DNA of 64,000 bases from Anaeramoeba ignava BMAN. Its lineage: Eukaryota > Protista > Anaeramoebae. Positions 26,201 through 41,300 of the stretch are shown piece by piece. The notes beneath the pieces are model-generated. The model made no database searches, was not told the DNA's origin, and saw nothing but the letters and a program-made list of their open reading frames with translations. Numbering within the stretch: position 1 is the stretch's first letter; each line of letters starts with the position of its first letter. The position numbers and the translations under genes were made by a program. The stretch lies in contig JAPDFW010000022.1 of the NCBI GenBank assembly GCA_028826165.1, positions 310,001 through 374,000 on the forward strand. The letters run 5' to 3'.

Positions 26201-29090
26201 ACCTAAAAATAGTTTGTTTGAAGAACCAAATCAAAAAGATAATTTGTTTGGGGAATCAAACGATTCGAATCCATTTAATTCTTTCTTTCTGAATCAACAA
26301 CAATCAAAAAATAGTTTATTTGCAGAATCAAATGCATTCCAATCAAAACCGAAAGAAGAAACAAAACCAAAACAACAAGATGATTTATTTGGAGAATCAA
26401 ATCCATTAGAACAACCAAAACAAAAAGAGAAAGAAGAAATAAAACCAAAACAACAAGATGATTTATTTGGAGAATCAAATCCATTAGAACAACCAAAACA
26501 AAAAGAAAAAAGAAAGAAGAAAACATCGACAAAGAACAAAAATAATAAATTAGATGATAAAGAAGATATTGATCCTTTGTCGTTTATTTCAGAAAAAAAA
26601 GAAAAAAGAAAAAAGAAAAAAGAAGATTTATTTGGAGAATCAAATCCATTAGAACAACCAAAACAAAAAGAAAAAGAAAAAGAAAAAGAAGATGATTTAT
26701 TTAATGAATCCAATTCATTAGAACAACCAAAGACAAAAGAAATAAAGCAAGAATCAGAAAAAAAAGATGATTTATTTAATGAATCAAATCAATTAGAACA
26801 ACCAAAACAAAAACCAAAAGATGATTTATTTAATGAATCAAAACCAAAACAAAAACAAAAAGAAAAAGATGATTTATTTAATGAATCAAAACCAAAAGAA
26901 GAAATAAAACCAAAACAACAAGATGATTTATTTGGAGAATCAAATCCATTAGAACAACCTAAACAAAAGCCAAAAGATGATTTATTTAATGAATCAAAAC
27001 CAAAACAAAAAGAAAAAGATGATTTATTTAATGAATCAAAACCAAAACAAAAAGAAAAAGATGATTTATTTGGAGATTCAAATCAATTAGAACAACCTAA
27101 ACAAAAACCAAAAGATGATTTATTTAATGAATCAAAACCAAAAGAAGAAATAAAACCAAAACAACAAGATGATTTATTTGGAGAATCAAATCCATTAGAA
27201 CAACCAAAACAAAAACCAAAAGATGATTTATTTAATGAATCAAAACCTAAACAAAAACCAAAAGATGATTTATTTGGAGAATCAAATCAATTAGAACAAC
27301 CTAAACAAAAACAAAAAGATGATTTATTTAATGAATCAAAACCAAAACAAAAAGAAAAAGATGATTTATTTGGAGATTCAAATCAATTAGAACAATCAAA
27401 ACAAAAACCAAAAGATGATTTATTTAATGAATCAAAACCAAAACAAAAACCAAAAGATGATTTATTTAATGAATCAAAACCAAAACAAAAACCAAAAGAA
27501 AAAGATGATTTATTTGGAGAATCAAATCAATTAGAACAACCAAAACAAAAACCAAAAGATGATTTATTTAACGAACCAAAACAAAAACCAAAAGAAAAAG
27601 ATGATTTATTTGGAGATTCAAATCAATTAGAACAACCAAAACAAAAACCAAAAGATGATTTATTTAATGAATCAAAACCAAAACAACAAACAGATTTAAG
27701 AAATCAAAATCGAAAGAATGTTTCTTCTTTAAATACAAAACCAAAAAACCAACTTACATCCCCAAAAAAATATCCCCATGCCGAAAAACCACAAAAAATT
27801 GTAGATTTACCAAAAACTGGACAACAAAAAAAAGGGAAAATAGCTGATCTTGCTAAAAAATTAAATTTAAATCAAAATCAAATTTTACAAAAAAAACCAA
27901 GAGAAAAAGAAATCAAAAAGCAAGTTGAAAAATTACAATTTCCAACAAAAGGAAGACCAAAAAGAGGAAGAAAAAGATTACCAAGTCGAAAAAGAGGAGT
28001 TTTCCAAGAAGAAAATATTGAAGAAAATATTGAAGAAAATATTGAAGAAAATATTGAAAGAGAAAAAGAACAAAGAGAAAAAGAACAAAGAGAAAAAGAA
28101 CAAAGAGAAAAAGAACAAAGAGAAAAAGAACAAAGAGAAAAAGAACAAAGAGAAAAAGAACAAAGAGAAAAAGAACAAAGAGAACAATTACAAAGAGAAA
28201 AAGAACAAAGAGAACAATTACAAAGAGAACAATTACAAAGAGAACAATTACAAAGAGAACAATTACAAAGAGAACAATTACAAAGAGAAAAAGAACAAAG
28301 AGAAAAAGAACAAAGAGAACAATTACAAAGAGAAAAATTACAAAGAGAAAAATTACAAAGAGAAAAAGAACAAAGAGAAAAAGAACAAAGAGAAAAAGAA
28401 CAAAGAGAAAAAGAACAAAGAGAAACAGAGCAAAGAGAAAAAGAAAAAATTTTATTGAATAGTATCACTTTAAAAAAACAAGCACTTGAAGATATTAGAA
28501 AACAAATTAATTCACCTCCTCAAAGATTTCAAAGTCATGAAGAAGAAACAAATTGGCTTTCTTCAATTACAAAAAATGAAAGTGATTTAGAAAAAAAAAT
28601 TGAAGATGAAGAAATGAATTTAGCAATTTTACAAAGTCAATTACAATATACAAATAATACATCATTTGATAAAAATGAAGAGAAAAATGAAGAGAAAAAT
28701 GAAGAGAAAAATGAAGAGAAAAATACTTTTGAAAGTCAAATTGGAAATCAAGATCCTTTTGAAAGTCAAATTGGAAATCAAGATCCTTTTGAAAGTCAAA
28801 TTGGAAATCAAGATCCTTTTAAAAATCAAATCTCAAATCAAAATCAAAATCAAAATCAAAATCCTTTTGGAAATCCATTTGAAAATGAAAATCCTTTCGA
28901 TAAAGAAAACCCTTTCTCTTTTGATGAAAATCAAAATCAAAATCAAAATCAAAATCAAAATCAAAATCAACAAAAAATAGAAAAACCAAAAAAATCATCA
29001 GATATCTTTAGTTTTTTCCAGGAGAAAGATACAATTTTTTCAAATCCAATTGGTGATAAATCAAAAAAACAAGACTCACTTTGGGATTAA
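20262..29090 (+). CDS. WASHC2: WASH complex subunit 2 / FAM21 homolog (7 introns in the 5' third)
   Basis: Spliced head WKQSWTLDDM..WTLASD..LYNFLQEFS..NTFNKFLMMSSNQFVENRVYDED and LPLLIGS match the FAM21 head; dozens of (D)DLF(G/N)/DIFG LFa motifs; capping-protein-interaction motif LQFPTKGRPKRGRKRLPSR. Confidence 0.9.
21085..21960. repeat. 12-bp microsatellite (aaaatttattta/aaaattgattta) filling a FAM21 intron (21079-21970)
   Basis: About 70 units bounded by GT..AG. Confidence 0.9.
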
Positions 29091-29149
29091 CTTTTCCAAA
29101 TTTCAGTTTTTTTTTTTTGGTTTTTTTGATTTTCTTTTCTTTTTGAGTT

Positions 29150-29910
29150 TTTTTTTAAAAATTTAATAAAAATTTAATTAAAAATTTATTTTTTTGGATT
29201 GGAAAAAAAAATAATAAAAAGAAAAATAATTAAAAATTTGATTAAAAATTTAATTAAAAATAATTAAAAATTGGAATAAAAATTGGAATTAAAATTTGAA
29301 TAAAATTTGATTAAAAATTTGATTAAAAATTGGATTAAAAATTGGATTAAAAATTGGATTAAAAATTTAATCAAAAATTTAATTAAAAATTTAATCAAAA
29401 ATTTAATTAAAAATAATTAAAAAATTGAATAAAGATTTGATTAAAAATTTAATTAAAAATTTAATTAAAAATTGGATTTAAAATTTAATTTAAAATTTAA
29501 TTAAAAAATTTAATTAAAAATTTGATTAAAAATTTGATTAAAAATTTGATTAAAAATTGGAATAAAAATTGGATTAAAAATTGGAATAAAAATTGGAATA
29601 AAAATTTAATTAAAAATTTAATTAAAAATTTGATTAAAAATTTAATTAAAAATTTGAATAAAAATTTGATTAAAATTTAATTAAAAATTTGATTAAAAAT
29701 TTGAATAAAAATTTAATTTAAGATTTGATTAAAATTTGAATAAAAATTTAATTTAAGATTTGATTAAAAATTTGATTAAAAATTTGAATAAAATTTAATT
29801 TGATTAAAAAATTTGGATTAAAAATTTGATTAAAAATTGGATTAAAAATTTAATTAAAAATTGAATAAAGATTTGATTAAAAATTTAATTTAAAATTTGA
29901 TTAAAAATTT
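29150..29910. repeat. 11-12-bp microsatellite (aaaaatttgatt variants) between convergent genes
   Basis: Direct inspection. Confidence 0.85.
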
Positions 29911-29950
29911 ATAAATTTTATTCTAAAAAAAATATATAAATTTATCAAAA

Positions 29951-31255
29951 TTAAGCTTTTTCATAATGATTAACACGATAAAGCAAAACTCTTCCTTTAA
30001 TACTTCCACAAACAAAATAACCACCATGAGGAGAAAAAGCCAAAGAAGTAATCATTTTAACAGGGGATTTTTGTGAAGGCCAGTTATGAAAAACGGACAA
30101 TGAAGGGATATGAACGAAACGAATTTGGGAGTTGCGAAGAGAGGAAGAAATAGCGAGGATATTTGAATCCGGATTAAATTGCATAGCAGTAATTGAAGTA
30201 GTTAAATTCATAAAGGATTTGACAGGTGCCGGAGATTCTGACAGGACAGAAGTAGAAGCGTCATAAAGATTAACTATTCCAGAATTAGAACCGACAGCAT
30301 AATAAGAAGAGGAAGAAGAACCAACGATTGAAGAAGGAACTACAGTGCCCATATCAGAATGTTTATGAATGCAGGAGAAATTCCTTATGTCCCAAATATA
30401 AACAAAACCGCCTTCGCCAACTGTCAGTAAATTGCGAGAATCATTGAAGAAACTTGCGCCTGCTCTGCCGTTTGAAACGCCGTGATAGATATTTTTTTGG
30501 TCGGCAAAATCAACGTTCATTTTCAACGTTTGAATTAATTTCTTTGTTTGATTTGAAACAACCAAAATATTTCCCGAATCTGTCATAAAACATAAATACT
30601 TCTCATCAGGACTAACAATCATGCGTTCAAGTGTTGAATGTTCATAACCGGAAATAAAAGGGATTTTTTCAATTGATTCAGAAACTAGATCATAAGTGAA
30701 AAACCAAGATCGTTTTCCTGAACAAACGACTTGAGTGTCACCAGAAAAGGCGCATGAGATGATCGGGTATTTTGGAAGATGAACCGTTTGTAGTTTTTCA
30801 TTTGAAATTCCATCAACGCGAAACAGCCGAAAACGCGAGTCCAATCCGGACACCAAAAGAAGCTCGGAATTCTTATGAAACTGCAGAGAAGTCACAGGTT
30901 TATAAGTTCTTTCCTGGATGTTTGCGTCCTTGAGCCGACTCAAATCAATCGTGCCTTTTGCCAGTTCGCCAGTGTTAACGACTATTGGCTTTGTTCTTTT
31001 TGTAATGTCAAAATCAACCGTTTTTTGTTCATCTTTTGTATTTCTTTTTTCATCTTCTTTTTCTAAATCAATAACTGCCCAATTTGTTGTTTTGTGTGTT
31101 TTTTCAAAGTGATTTCTTAGTCGCTTCTGTAGATCTTCCCCTGTCAGCCGTTGTTCTCTTCTGTGCTTCCGTTTCCCTTCCTTTGTCTTTTTTATCGTTT
31201 GTATTTCTTTTTTTTCATCTTCTTCATCGCGCCATTTTGGTGTTAATCCTTTCAT
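29951..31255 (-). CDS. UTP18: U3 snoRNA-associated protein 18 (WD40)
   Basis: LKDAN, QFH..S.LLLVSGLD..FRLFRVDG..NEKLQ, NLTTSIT.MQFN, HIPSLSVFHNWP, FSPHGGY and LYRVNHY are typical UTP18 motifs. Confidence 0.92.
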   Translation of the reverse strand: MKGLTPKWRDEEDEKKEIQTIKKTKEGKRKHRREQRLTGEDLQKRLRNHFEKTHKTTNWAVIDLEKEDEKRNTKDEQKTVDFDITKRTKPIVVNTGELAKGTIDLSRLKDANIQERTYKPVTSLQFHKNSELLLVSGLDSRFRLFRVDGISNEKLQTVHLPKYPIISCAFSGDTQVVCSGKRSWFFTYDLVSESIEKIPFISGYEHSTLERMIVSPDEKYLCFMTDSGNILVVSNQTKKLIQTLKMNVDFADQKNIYHGVSNGRAGASFFNDSRNLLTVGEGGFVYIWDIRNFSCIHKHSDMGTVVPSSIVGSSSSSYYAVGSNSGIVNLYDASTSVLSESPAPVKSFMNLTTSITAMQFNPDSNILAISSSLRNSQIRFVHIPSLSVFHNWPSQKSPVKMITSLAFSPHGGYFVCGSIKGRVLLYRVNHYEKA

Positions 31256-31334
31256 ATTTGCAAATAGATTAAGAATCTAAAAAATGAAATGAAAAAAATG
31301 AAAATTAAAATCTATTATTTTTTTTTCATTTTGG

Positions 31335-32070
31335 AATTTAAAAATATTATTTTAATAAATAAAACTTTTATTTTAAATTAAATTAAAATTAAAATGTAAT
31401 TAATTTATTATTTAAAATTATTAAAATTAATTATATATTTTTATTAAAATATTTTTCATTTTTTTTGAAATAAAAATTAAATAAATAAAAACTTAAAAAT
31501 ATTAATTTAATAAATAAAACTTTTATTTTAAATTAAATTGAAATTAAAATGTAATTAATTTATTATTTAAAGTTATTAAAATAAATTATATATTTTTATT
31601 AAAATATTTTTCATTTTTGAAATAAAAATTAAATAAAAACTTAAAATATTAATTTAATAAATAAAACTTTTAATTTAAATTAATTTGAAATTAAAATGTA
31701 ATTAATTTATTATTTAAAAATATTAAAATAAATTATATATTTTTATTAAAATATTTTCATTTTTGAAATAAAAATTAAATAAATAAAAACTTAAAAATAT
31801 TATTTTAATAAATAAACCTTTTTAATTTAAATTAAATTAAAATTAAAATGTAATTGATTTATTATTTAAAATTATTAAAATTAATTATATATTTTTATTA
31901 AAATATTTTCATTTTTTTGAAATAAAAATTAAATAAATAAAAACTTAAAAATATTATTTTAATAAATAAACCTTTTAATTTAAATTAATTTGAAATTAAA
32001 ATGTAATTGATTTATTATTTAAAGTTATTAAAATTAATTATATATTTTTATTAAAATATTTTCCATTTTA
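31335..32070. repeat. AT-rich satellite, ~153-bp unit, ~5 copies (same family and orientation as 47340-48863)
   Basis: Unit contains aataaataaaactttt...attaaaatgtaatt...ttttcatttttt..gaaataaaaatt. Confidence 0.9.
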
Positions 32071-32324
32071 AAAATTAAATTGAAAACTTTTCATTTCAAT
32101 TCTCTTTTGTTTAAATTGGATTTTTAATTTAAATTAATTTTGGTTTTTAAGAGTAAGAAATTGTGTGAAAAAAAAGATTAAAAGCAATTCCTTTGTAACG
32201 AAAACCTTTTTTTTGTTATTTTTCTCTTTTAAATTTATAAAAAAGAAAAATGAAAATTCAAAAAATTAAAAAATAATTTTTTTTTAGATTTTTGTTTGGA
32301 TTTATTTGATTAAAAATTTCAAAA

Positions 32325-35300
32325 TTAATTCTTTAATTTGGAAAGAAGAAATTCATAACCTGATAATGAATGTTTAAGTAAAATTGATTTTGGAAAATAT
32401 CTTGGAATTAAATCAAGTATTTGTTTTTCATTTTCATCATTTGGATCAATATAGATTATGAATTTTTTAAATTTAGTTTTTTCATTAAGACAATCTTCAA
32501 TTTTCATTAATGATTTTTTCCAAAGTGAAAGAAGAATTGGTAAATTAAAATATTCAATCATTTCATTCAATTCTTTTTTCTTTTTTTCTGATATTTCCTT
32601 TTTGAATTTTCCTGAAATCTTTTCTCTTGGTTCATAAAAATATTCTTCAAAATTTAAATGTAAATTAACTAAATGTTTTAATTTTAAATTTTGAATTGTT
32701 TTTGATCCATTTTTTGTTGAAATTAAATTATTATTTCTTGATAAATGAAGATTTTTTTCTGCAAATTCAAGGAAATTTAAATTGGGAATATTATGTAAAT
32801 GAACTGAATCTAATGGAATATTAGAACATGAGAAAACTACTATTTGAATTAAACTCATACATTGATTTATTGCATTTGTTTCTTCAAGTTCTTGAATAAT
32901 TTCTTTCCAAATTTGTTGTGGAATTTTTTCTTGTTGCCATCTTTGATCATTTAATCGTAATAATCTTTGATTAAAATTATCATTGAATATAAAATATTCA
33001 ATTTTTGATTCAATCCATTTTGGTTTTGTTGTAATATTCAAAAAATCAATTAAATATTCTTTCAAAAGAATTACTGAAATTTGATAAATGTTATGATCAT
33101 TAATAAAATCAATTACTTCTTCAGTATTTAAATGAATAATTTTTGATTTATCAAATTCTTCATAATTTAATGGGAAATTAATTGTAAATTTTTCAAAAGG
33201 ATCAATCAATCTCTTTACTTTTTTTTCCTTTCCATATTCCTTTATCTTTTTCTCTTTCTTTTTATGATTATCTTTATCTTGATTATCTTTATCTTTATCT
33301 TTATCTTTATCTTTATCTTTATCTTTATCTTTATCTTTATCTTTATCTTTATCTTTATCTTTATCTTTATCTTTATCTTTATCTTTATCTTTATCTTTAT
33401 CTTTATCTTTATCTTTATCTTTATTATCTTTATCTTTATCTTTATGTTTATCTTTATGTTTATCTTGATTATCTTTATCTTGATTATCTTTATCTTTATC
33501 TTTATCTTTATCTTTATCTTTATCTTTATCTTTATCTTTATCTTTATCTTTATCTTTATCTTTATCTTTATCTTTATCTTTATCTTTATCTTTATCTTTA
33601 TCTTTATGTTTCTTTATCTTTATCTTGATTATCTTTATCTTTATCTTCTTTATCTTTATCTTTATCTTTATCTTTATCTTTATCTTTATGTTTATCTTTA
33701 TGTTTATATTTATCTTGATTATCTTTATATTTATCTTTATCTTGGTTATCTTTATCTTTATCTTGATTATCTTGATTATCTTGATTATCTTGATTATCTT
33801 GATTATCTTTATCTTTATCTTGATTATCTTTATATTTATATTTATATTTATATTTATCTTTATATTTATCTTTATCTTGATTATCTTTATATTTATGTTT
33901 ATGTTTATCTTTATTATCTTTATTTTGATTATCTTTATCTTGATTATCTTTATCTTTATTATCTTTATTTTGATTATCTTTCTCTTTATATTTATCTTTA
34001 TTATCTTTCTCTTTCTCTTTCTCTTTCTCTTTATCTTTATCTTGATTATCTGTATTTTTGGAGGAAAAGTACAATGGATTGTCTTTAATGAAATCAATAG
34101 GATCAAATCCATTATTATTATTATTATTCTTATGATTATTATTATCTTTCTTTTTGGATCTAAACAATTCTGGATGTTTTCTGTATTCCTCCTCGTAAGT
34201 ACCTATTTGATTATAATTATTATTGTGATTATTTTCCTTTTTCTCTATGTTTTTCTTTTTCTGTTTAATCAAAAATAAATATTGAATATCTTTATTTCCC
34301 ATTAATTGATTATGCATTGAAATTGCATATTTGATTAAACTTGGTACACAAATAAAAACATCTTCTTCTCCTGATAAACAAAATGATATTGGAAGATTTT
34401 TACTCATTTCAATTTGTTGAAGATAATTAGGTATTTCTCTACATCCAAAAACTCCTTTAACATCTTTCCATGTTAAATTCCAAAATTTTTCAAAATCTTC
34501 ATACCATTTTTCAATCTTATTGCTTTTATCTTTATTCTTACTTTCTTCATTTTTGATAAATTCTTCTATTGTTAAATTTTCAGAATCTTTCTTTGAAATT
34601 TTCCCATTTAATGTTTCCATTACATAAGAAGTAAAATTTAAAAATCCTGGAAATAAACTTAGTGAATATAATTTTTTCCAATTTTCGATAACAAATAAAA
34701 TAATTGGAGATTTTGGAATTTCTTCATTAACATCTTCTTTAAAAAATGAAAGGAATTGTTGATAAGTTTGCCTTTTATATGTAATAGATTGATAAACCGT
34801 TTTATAATTATTTAGTTCTTTAATAGCATTTTTGAATTCAATTCCTTGTTTTTCTTTTACAATTTCTAATATTTTTTGTTTATTTTTTTGTAATTGATAA
34901 CCAAAAAATGCTTCAATTTCTATTCTTTTGTTTTCATCTTTAAATTCATTAATATTTTCTGAACTAATTAATTTCCATTTATTATCACTTCCTAAATCAT
35001 TTAGAAAATGATGATAAAAATGATAAACATCTTCAATTGATAAATTTAAAATTTTTGCTAATAAAATAAAATCTTCTTCAACTTTAACTTTTAAAATTTC
35101 TTTTAATTCTTGAATATTTTTGGGTTTTTTCATATTTGGATTAATAATATTATTCAAAAAATTATTTGCAAAATGATCATTAATTGTTGAAAAACACAAA
35201 ATAACACAATTTGTTATAATTTTTAAAATCAAATAACAATCATATTTTAAATTTGATCTGCATTGTTCATCTTCAATTTCATAAAATGAATGTAAATAAC

Positions 35301-38300
35301 CTAAAGGAGATGGGAAATCTTTTTCTTTGGCTCTTGTTGTTCCATTTAATAGAGAATAATGTGTTCCTCCAATTTTTTCATTACAAACAGGACAAACTCC
35401 AATTTCATCTGGTTCTGCACATTCACCAATATAAAAAACATGATTATTTTTACATTTCCACCAAGCTCTTCCTCCTTTCAAATATTCTTTTAATAAAGGA
35501 TGTCCTGGCATTCCAATCCAATATATTTCTTTCAATTCTTTCATTGTATTGATTGTTGAAGATTCTTCATATTTTTGCATCATTTCATTTGAAATTAATT
35601 TTTTTAATGGTTCAAAATTAATAGCTTCAATAAATTCAATTGTATGAAATATTATTGAAATAATTTCATTTGTAATTTTATTATCTTGAAGTTTCTTTCG
35701 AGAAATTGAAGCTATCATTAATGGATATTTTCCACTTTCATATTCTTTTAAATTATTAATTCCTTTCATTTCATTTTGGAAATGTTCTACTAAACTTATT
35801 CCTTTTATATTTGGAATATCTATTTTATAATTAAATTCACAAGAAGCTAATTTATCCATTTTTATATCTGGAATTTTTTTTTGAAGATTTTGAATATTTT
35901 GTGATATAAATTGACTTAATTCTTTTTGTCCTTTTCTTTCATATATTATTTTGCATAAATAAACAATCCAATTAATTCCAAGTTCATTCTCAAATATTTT
36001 TGGATTCTCAATAATCATTTGATTTGGATTTTGAATAGAAAAAGATCTAAAATCTACTAATCGACTTATTTTATCAAAAGCTAATGGTTCTGTAATAAAA
36101 TCTTCAAGAATAATTGCATTTTTGAATTAGAATTATTGTTATTGTTTGATTTTTGAAAATATCAATAAATCTTCGTTTTCAATTTTCTCTTTTCATCAAT
36201 CAAAATTTCTAAACATGAAAATGTAAGTTGATTATAACCATTTTGAAATAAATAATTTAAAGAATTATCCAAAAATTTCTTTGAAAATTTTCCAAATATT
36301 TTTATCTTTTTGAATATGAAATTAATTCACGAATCAATGAATTCATTACAAAATTTGATTTTATAAAATTTAATCTTCGGATATCTAATATTTTTTTTTC
36401 TTTCCCAACTAATATATTTATAAATTGATTAAAGTTTTCTTTTGCCTCATTTTCTTGTAAATTTGATTCAAATATAATTTGTTGAATTAATATTTTTCCA
36501 ACATTTTCAAAGTAAAGTGTACAATAACCTCGAATTAAAGTTTGGTTTACTTTCCTTCTATGCTCTAATTGTTTTATTACTTCAGATCCTGGATATTTTT
36601 TTTTATCTATTTTTTTTTTTGGTTGAAATTCTTTCCAAAATTTAATAAATAGATCAGTAATATATTTGTTTAATTCATTTTGTTTCTTGTTTTTTTCATA
36701 ATTTTTGAATAATTCCAAAATAATTTCTTTTTGTTTTTTTCTTAATTTTTCATTGAATGGAAATAATAAGGAAATAAAAATATTTCTTAATATCAAAAGT
36801 TTACTCCAATTTTCAATTAATTCTTTGGTTTTTTTCTTTGCTTTTTCATTATTTTTATTTTTACAATTTTTAATTAATGATAATAAAATATTTTGAATTT
36901 CGAAATTTGATTTTGAAATGATTCCACATACAAACTTTTTTAGACGATTATCTTTTTCATTAAATAATATATTTCTTAAACTTGAAAAATAATTTTCAAG
37001 AAATGAAAATATTGAAAATGTTTTCTTTTTTAATTCTTGTGATGTTTTCAATGTTTTAATATTTAGGATTGCCAATGAGTTGAAATAATGTTGAATCGAA
37101 AATATATTATTCAACAAAGATCTTATATATTGAAAGAAAGTTGAATGAATTTCTTTTAAAGATAATCTAATAATTTTCTTATCATTAAATAATTCAATAA
37201 GATTTATTAAATTAATTTGAATTTGATTAAATTTTTCTAAATTTGTTTTTCCTATTGCAAAAATAAGGAAATCATTTAAATATCTAGAAAGAATATTTTC
37301 AATAAATTTTTTATTTTGATTTTGATTTTCAATTTCATTTTGATTTTGATTTTGATTTTGATTTTCAATTTCATTTTCATTTTCAATTTGATTTTCAATT
37401 TGATTTTCATTTTCAATTTCAATTTCAATTTGATTTTGATTTTGATTTTGATTTTGATTTTGATTTTTATTTTGAATTTGATTTTGATTAATTTCTTTGA
37501 AAAGAGAACATTCACAAAATGGTAAATTAATTAATTCATTTAAAACCTCCATATCTTTTGAAATAAAACCAAAATCTTCAATAAGTGAATAAATATAGAA
37601 TGAAAATGGAAATTTTGAATTTTGAAATTTATCTTTCAAAAAAAATTCATAACATGGAATTTCATATTCTTGTAAAATTGTAATCCAAATTCTTTTAATA
37701 ATTAATTCTTCTTTTGATTCTTTTTCTTTGTTATTTAACAATTTCAAATTTTGATTTAAATTTAAATTATTAAGCATTAAACCAAAGATTTTGGAAATTT
37801 TTGAAACAAAAATATCAAAAGAATAAGAAGTTATTGAATTAATTAAATTGTAATTTTTAAAAATTTCTTGTAAATTCCAATTATATAATTCTAATCCTTC
37901 CTTTTCTCCTGAATTAATAATTTTTATAAGAGATAAGAAAAAAGCATTTATAATTTCTTTATCATTCAATAATAAATCAAGAAGTTGATTAAATTCATTA
38001 ATATATTTTTGATTTAATGGATTTGAAATTTGTGAAATTGAAAGAGGTTTTATTTCTTGAATAAATTGATGAAAATTTTCTTTTAAATTATAAATAATAT
38101 CTTTGAGATTGAAATTTTGATTTTTCATTTTGATTAGATTAAAATTATATTCTTGTTTCAATTCATTTAGATAATAAAATTCCCAATTATTTTCAAAACA
38201 ATAATAAAATAAATCATCTTTTTGAATAGGTGTTAAATGAAGAATTAGCATAATATAAGATTTATGATCTTTCAAACTATTATTCCTTCTTAAATTTTCT

Positions 38301-41300
38301 TTTACATCATTTTGGTTATTTTTTTGTTTTTTATCATAATTTTCTAAAAGTAAATTTTCAATAAGATATTTAACTTGATAAAACATTTGGAAAGAATTTC
38401 TAACAGAAATGGTAAAATGAACCTTTAAAATAAAATTTTCATTATCCATATTTTCAATCCATTTGTCTTTTAAATATTTCTCTAAATCTTTATCAGAATC
38501 ATAATTTGAAACATCAATTTGAAGAATTTTATATCCTTTTAATAATTTCATGTTTTGTTGTATAATTGATGAATAAGTGAAAATAATAGAATTTTTAATT
38601 TTATTTTTTAAAATTTCTTTTTTGAATAAATCTTGTAAATTAATATGAAAATTTCTTTTATATTCTGTCAAAAAATCTTCAAACAATTTTTGATTTGATG
38701 ATCTTAATTTTCCACTTGAAACTAAATCAATAACTTTAAACATTTTATCTATTCTACAAATTCTAATCCATTTTATTCTTGCTTCTTTTTCTATTTGATC
38801 CTTTGTTTTTGTTAAATTTTCTGATGAATTCAGTAATAATTCATTTTGTAATTTTATTGCAAGCGAAGGAAAGATATCATTATTATAATTGATTATTAAA
38901 TTTCCTTTTCTAATTTGATAATTTGTTGCTTTTTCAATTCTTCCCAAAATTTCAATTTGTTTTTCAATAATTTGTTTTATTTGATCCTGTTTTATAAAAT
39001 CTTCAGATATAAAAATTTGTTTTTCAAATCTATTTAAAATTGGTTCTAATTCAAAATCATAAGCTCTTGTTTTATCAATTATAACAATAATCCTAAATTT
39101 TGGATCAACAAGAATATTTCGATTAATATCCCCAAATGAAAAATGAGCAAAAAGTTTGTTTCCTTCTCTAATATAATTTTGATTTAATAAATCATATAAA
39201 GGTTCGTAAAGTTGTTCATTATTATATAAAATAATTGTTTGACCTGATGAAACTGCATATTCAACTTTTTTGAGATTTTGAATTATTCTGAATCGACTTT
39301 TATCTTCTGCAAAAGATGAACCAAACAAAACAATAAAATTATTTTTAATTTGTGAAATTATTAATGGAAGAATAGATAAATCGTTTGATAAAATCATTAA
39401 ATGCCGAGAGAATTTTTGTGGATTATTTAGAAAATTATCTGAAAGTTTTTTGTTTGGGAAAGAATTATTGTCAACAATTGAAAATGTTAAGTTTTGTTGT
39501 ATTAATGAAAAAGTTGAAGGAATATATTTAGGTTGATCTATTTCAAGAATTTTCATAATTTTAGGTTGAAGAATTTGAATCAAATGAGGTTTTGAACCAA
39601 AATTTCTATATATAGCATTCCAAATCATATCTGAGTTATTATATTCTATTAAATTACTTGAGAAATTTAATCCAATCATTTTTAAAAAATAATAAAAATC
39701 TCTAAGTCCAAAATAATATCTTGGATTTTGTTTCTTTTCTTTTTCTTTTTCTTTTTCTTTTTCTTTTTCTTGAATATTAGAGAATTGATTATTAGAAATT
39801 AAATAATAAACTTGAGCAAGTTTATTTGCAAATTCTTTTGGGAATTTTGAATTAAATGAAAAAAGGATTTTTTGAGCTGTAAATGATAATTCTTCAATAC
39901 TTGGATCAACTCTTTTCAATAATATTCCTCGATTTGTTTGACTTGGATCTAATTTCCAATTTGAAACTGATATAATTGAAACAAATACTTCATCTTTTTG
40001 AATTAATAAATTTTGTTGTTTCATCAATTTTTTATCTACTTTTTCTAATTCAGAATGTAATATTGATAATGGAAGATCAGGACTAACTTCTGCAAGTGCA
40101 ACTTCATCCAAAATAACTACACTAATAACATCTTCAGAATTAAATTTAGATGAATATTCTCGAGCTTTCTTAAATATATTATTGATTTCTGAAGCTTTGG
40201 TTATTGGGGAACATTGAATATAAAATGGTTTTAATGCAGGAAGATTTAATTCTTTTTAAAATTGGATTGGAATTTTTTGGTGGTTTCAATGTTTGCATTA
40301 AAATATTAATTGAAATTGATTTAGAAGAACCTGGTTTGCCAATTAAGAATAATGGAATTTGTGTATAACAACAAAAGAAAATCAAAAAAATATTTTCTTT
40401 TAATGCTTGATTAATTGCAACATTCCATTCTTTTACATTAATATCCAATTCTTTAATCAATTTTTCTTCTATTTCTTCAATAAATTTAAGAATATCATTT
40501 TCATTTTTCATTTCGATTTCCTTATTCTTATTCTTATTATTTTCATTTTCATTTTTCTTATAAAATTTGGAAAATTTTTCATAAAGAATTTTGAAATATG
40601 CTAATCTTAAATCTGAATTGAATTGACAACCAAAAGAAATGAATAATGATATAATAAATGAATTAATTTTTTGATTTTGATTTTGATTTTGATTTTGATT
40701 TTGATTGTAGTTTTTTGATGGAAGTAAGAAATCTACATTTGTTTCTGTTAATAACCAATTAAAAATTTTGAGTGTTTTAGAACAATCTCTTAAAGAAACT
40801 GCACTTAATTTATCATTTGAATGGTACCGAAGAAAATTAAATGATTTAGCTAATAATTCTGTAAATAATTTTGTAAATTTTGTTGAATCAATAAAAATTG
40901 ATGATGATTTTTTTGAATTAATTTCATTAATAGAATTTTGGATTATTTTTTCTATATAAGGTTTTTCTGTTTGTTTTTTTAAATTTCCAAAATCAAAAAT
41001 ATCATCAAAAAATGAATCAGGAATTTGATGAACTCTATAAACTTCTTGTCTTAATAATTTCATTTCATCTTGTTTTTCTCCATAATCAAATATTAATCCT
41101 TCATCAGTTAAGAAATCTTCATCAGTTTTTGTTTTATTCCTTAATCTATAAGGATTTCCAGCTGCAATAAATTTAATTTGAGGAGAAATAATTTTTCCAT
41201 TTAAAGTTCTATCAAAAAAAAGAGATTTCATTAAAATTAAACATTTTTTGGGTGCTGTGTTGAATTCATCAAAGAAGATAATAATAAATTTTTCTTCTTT

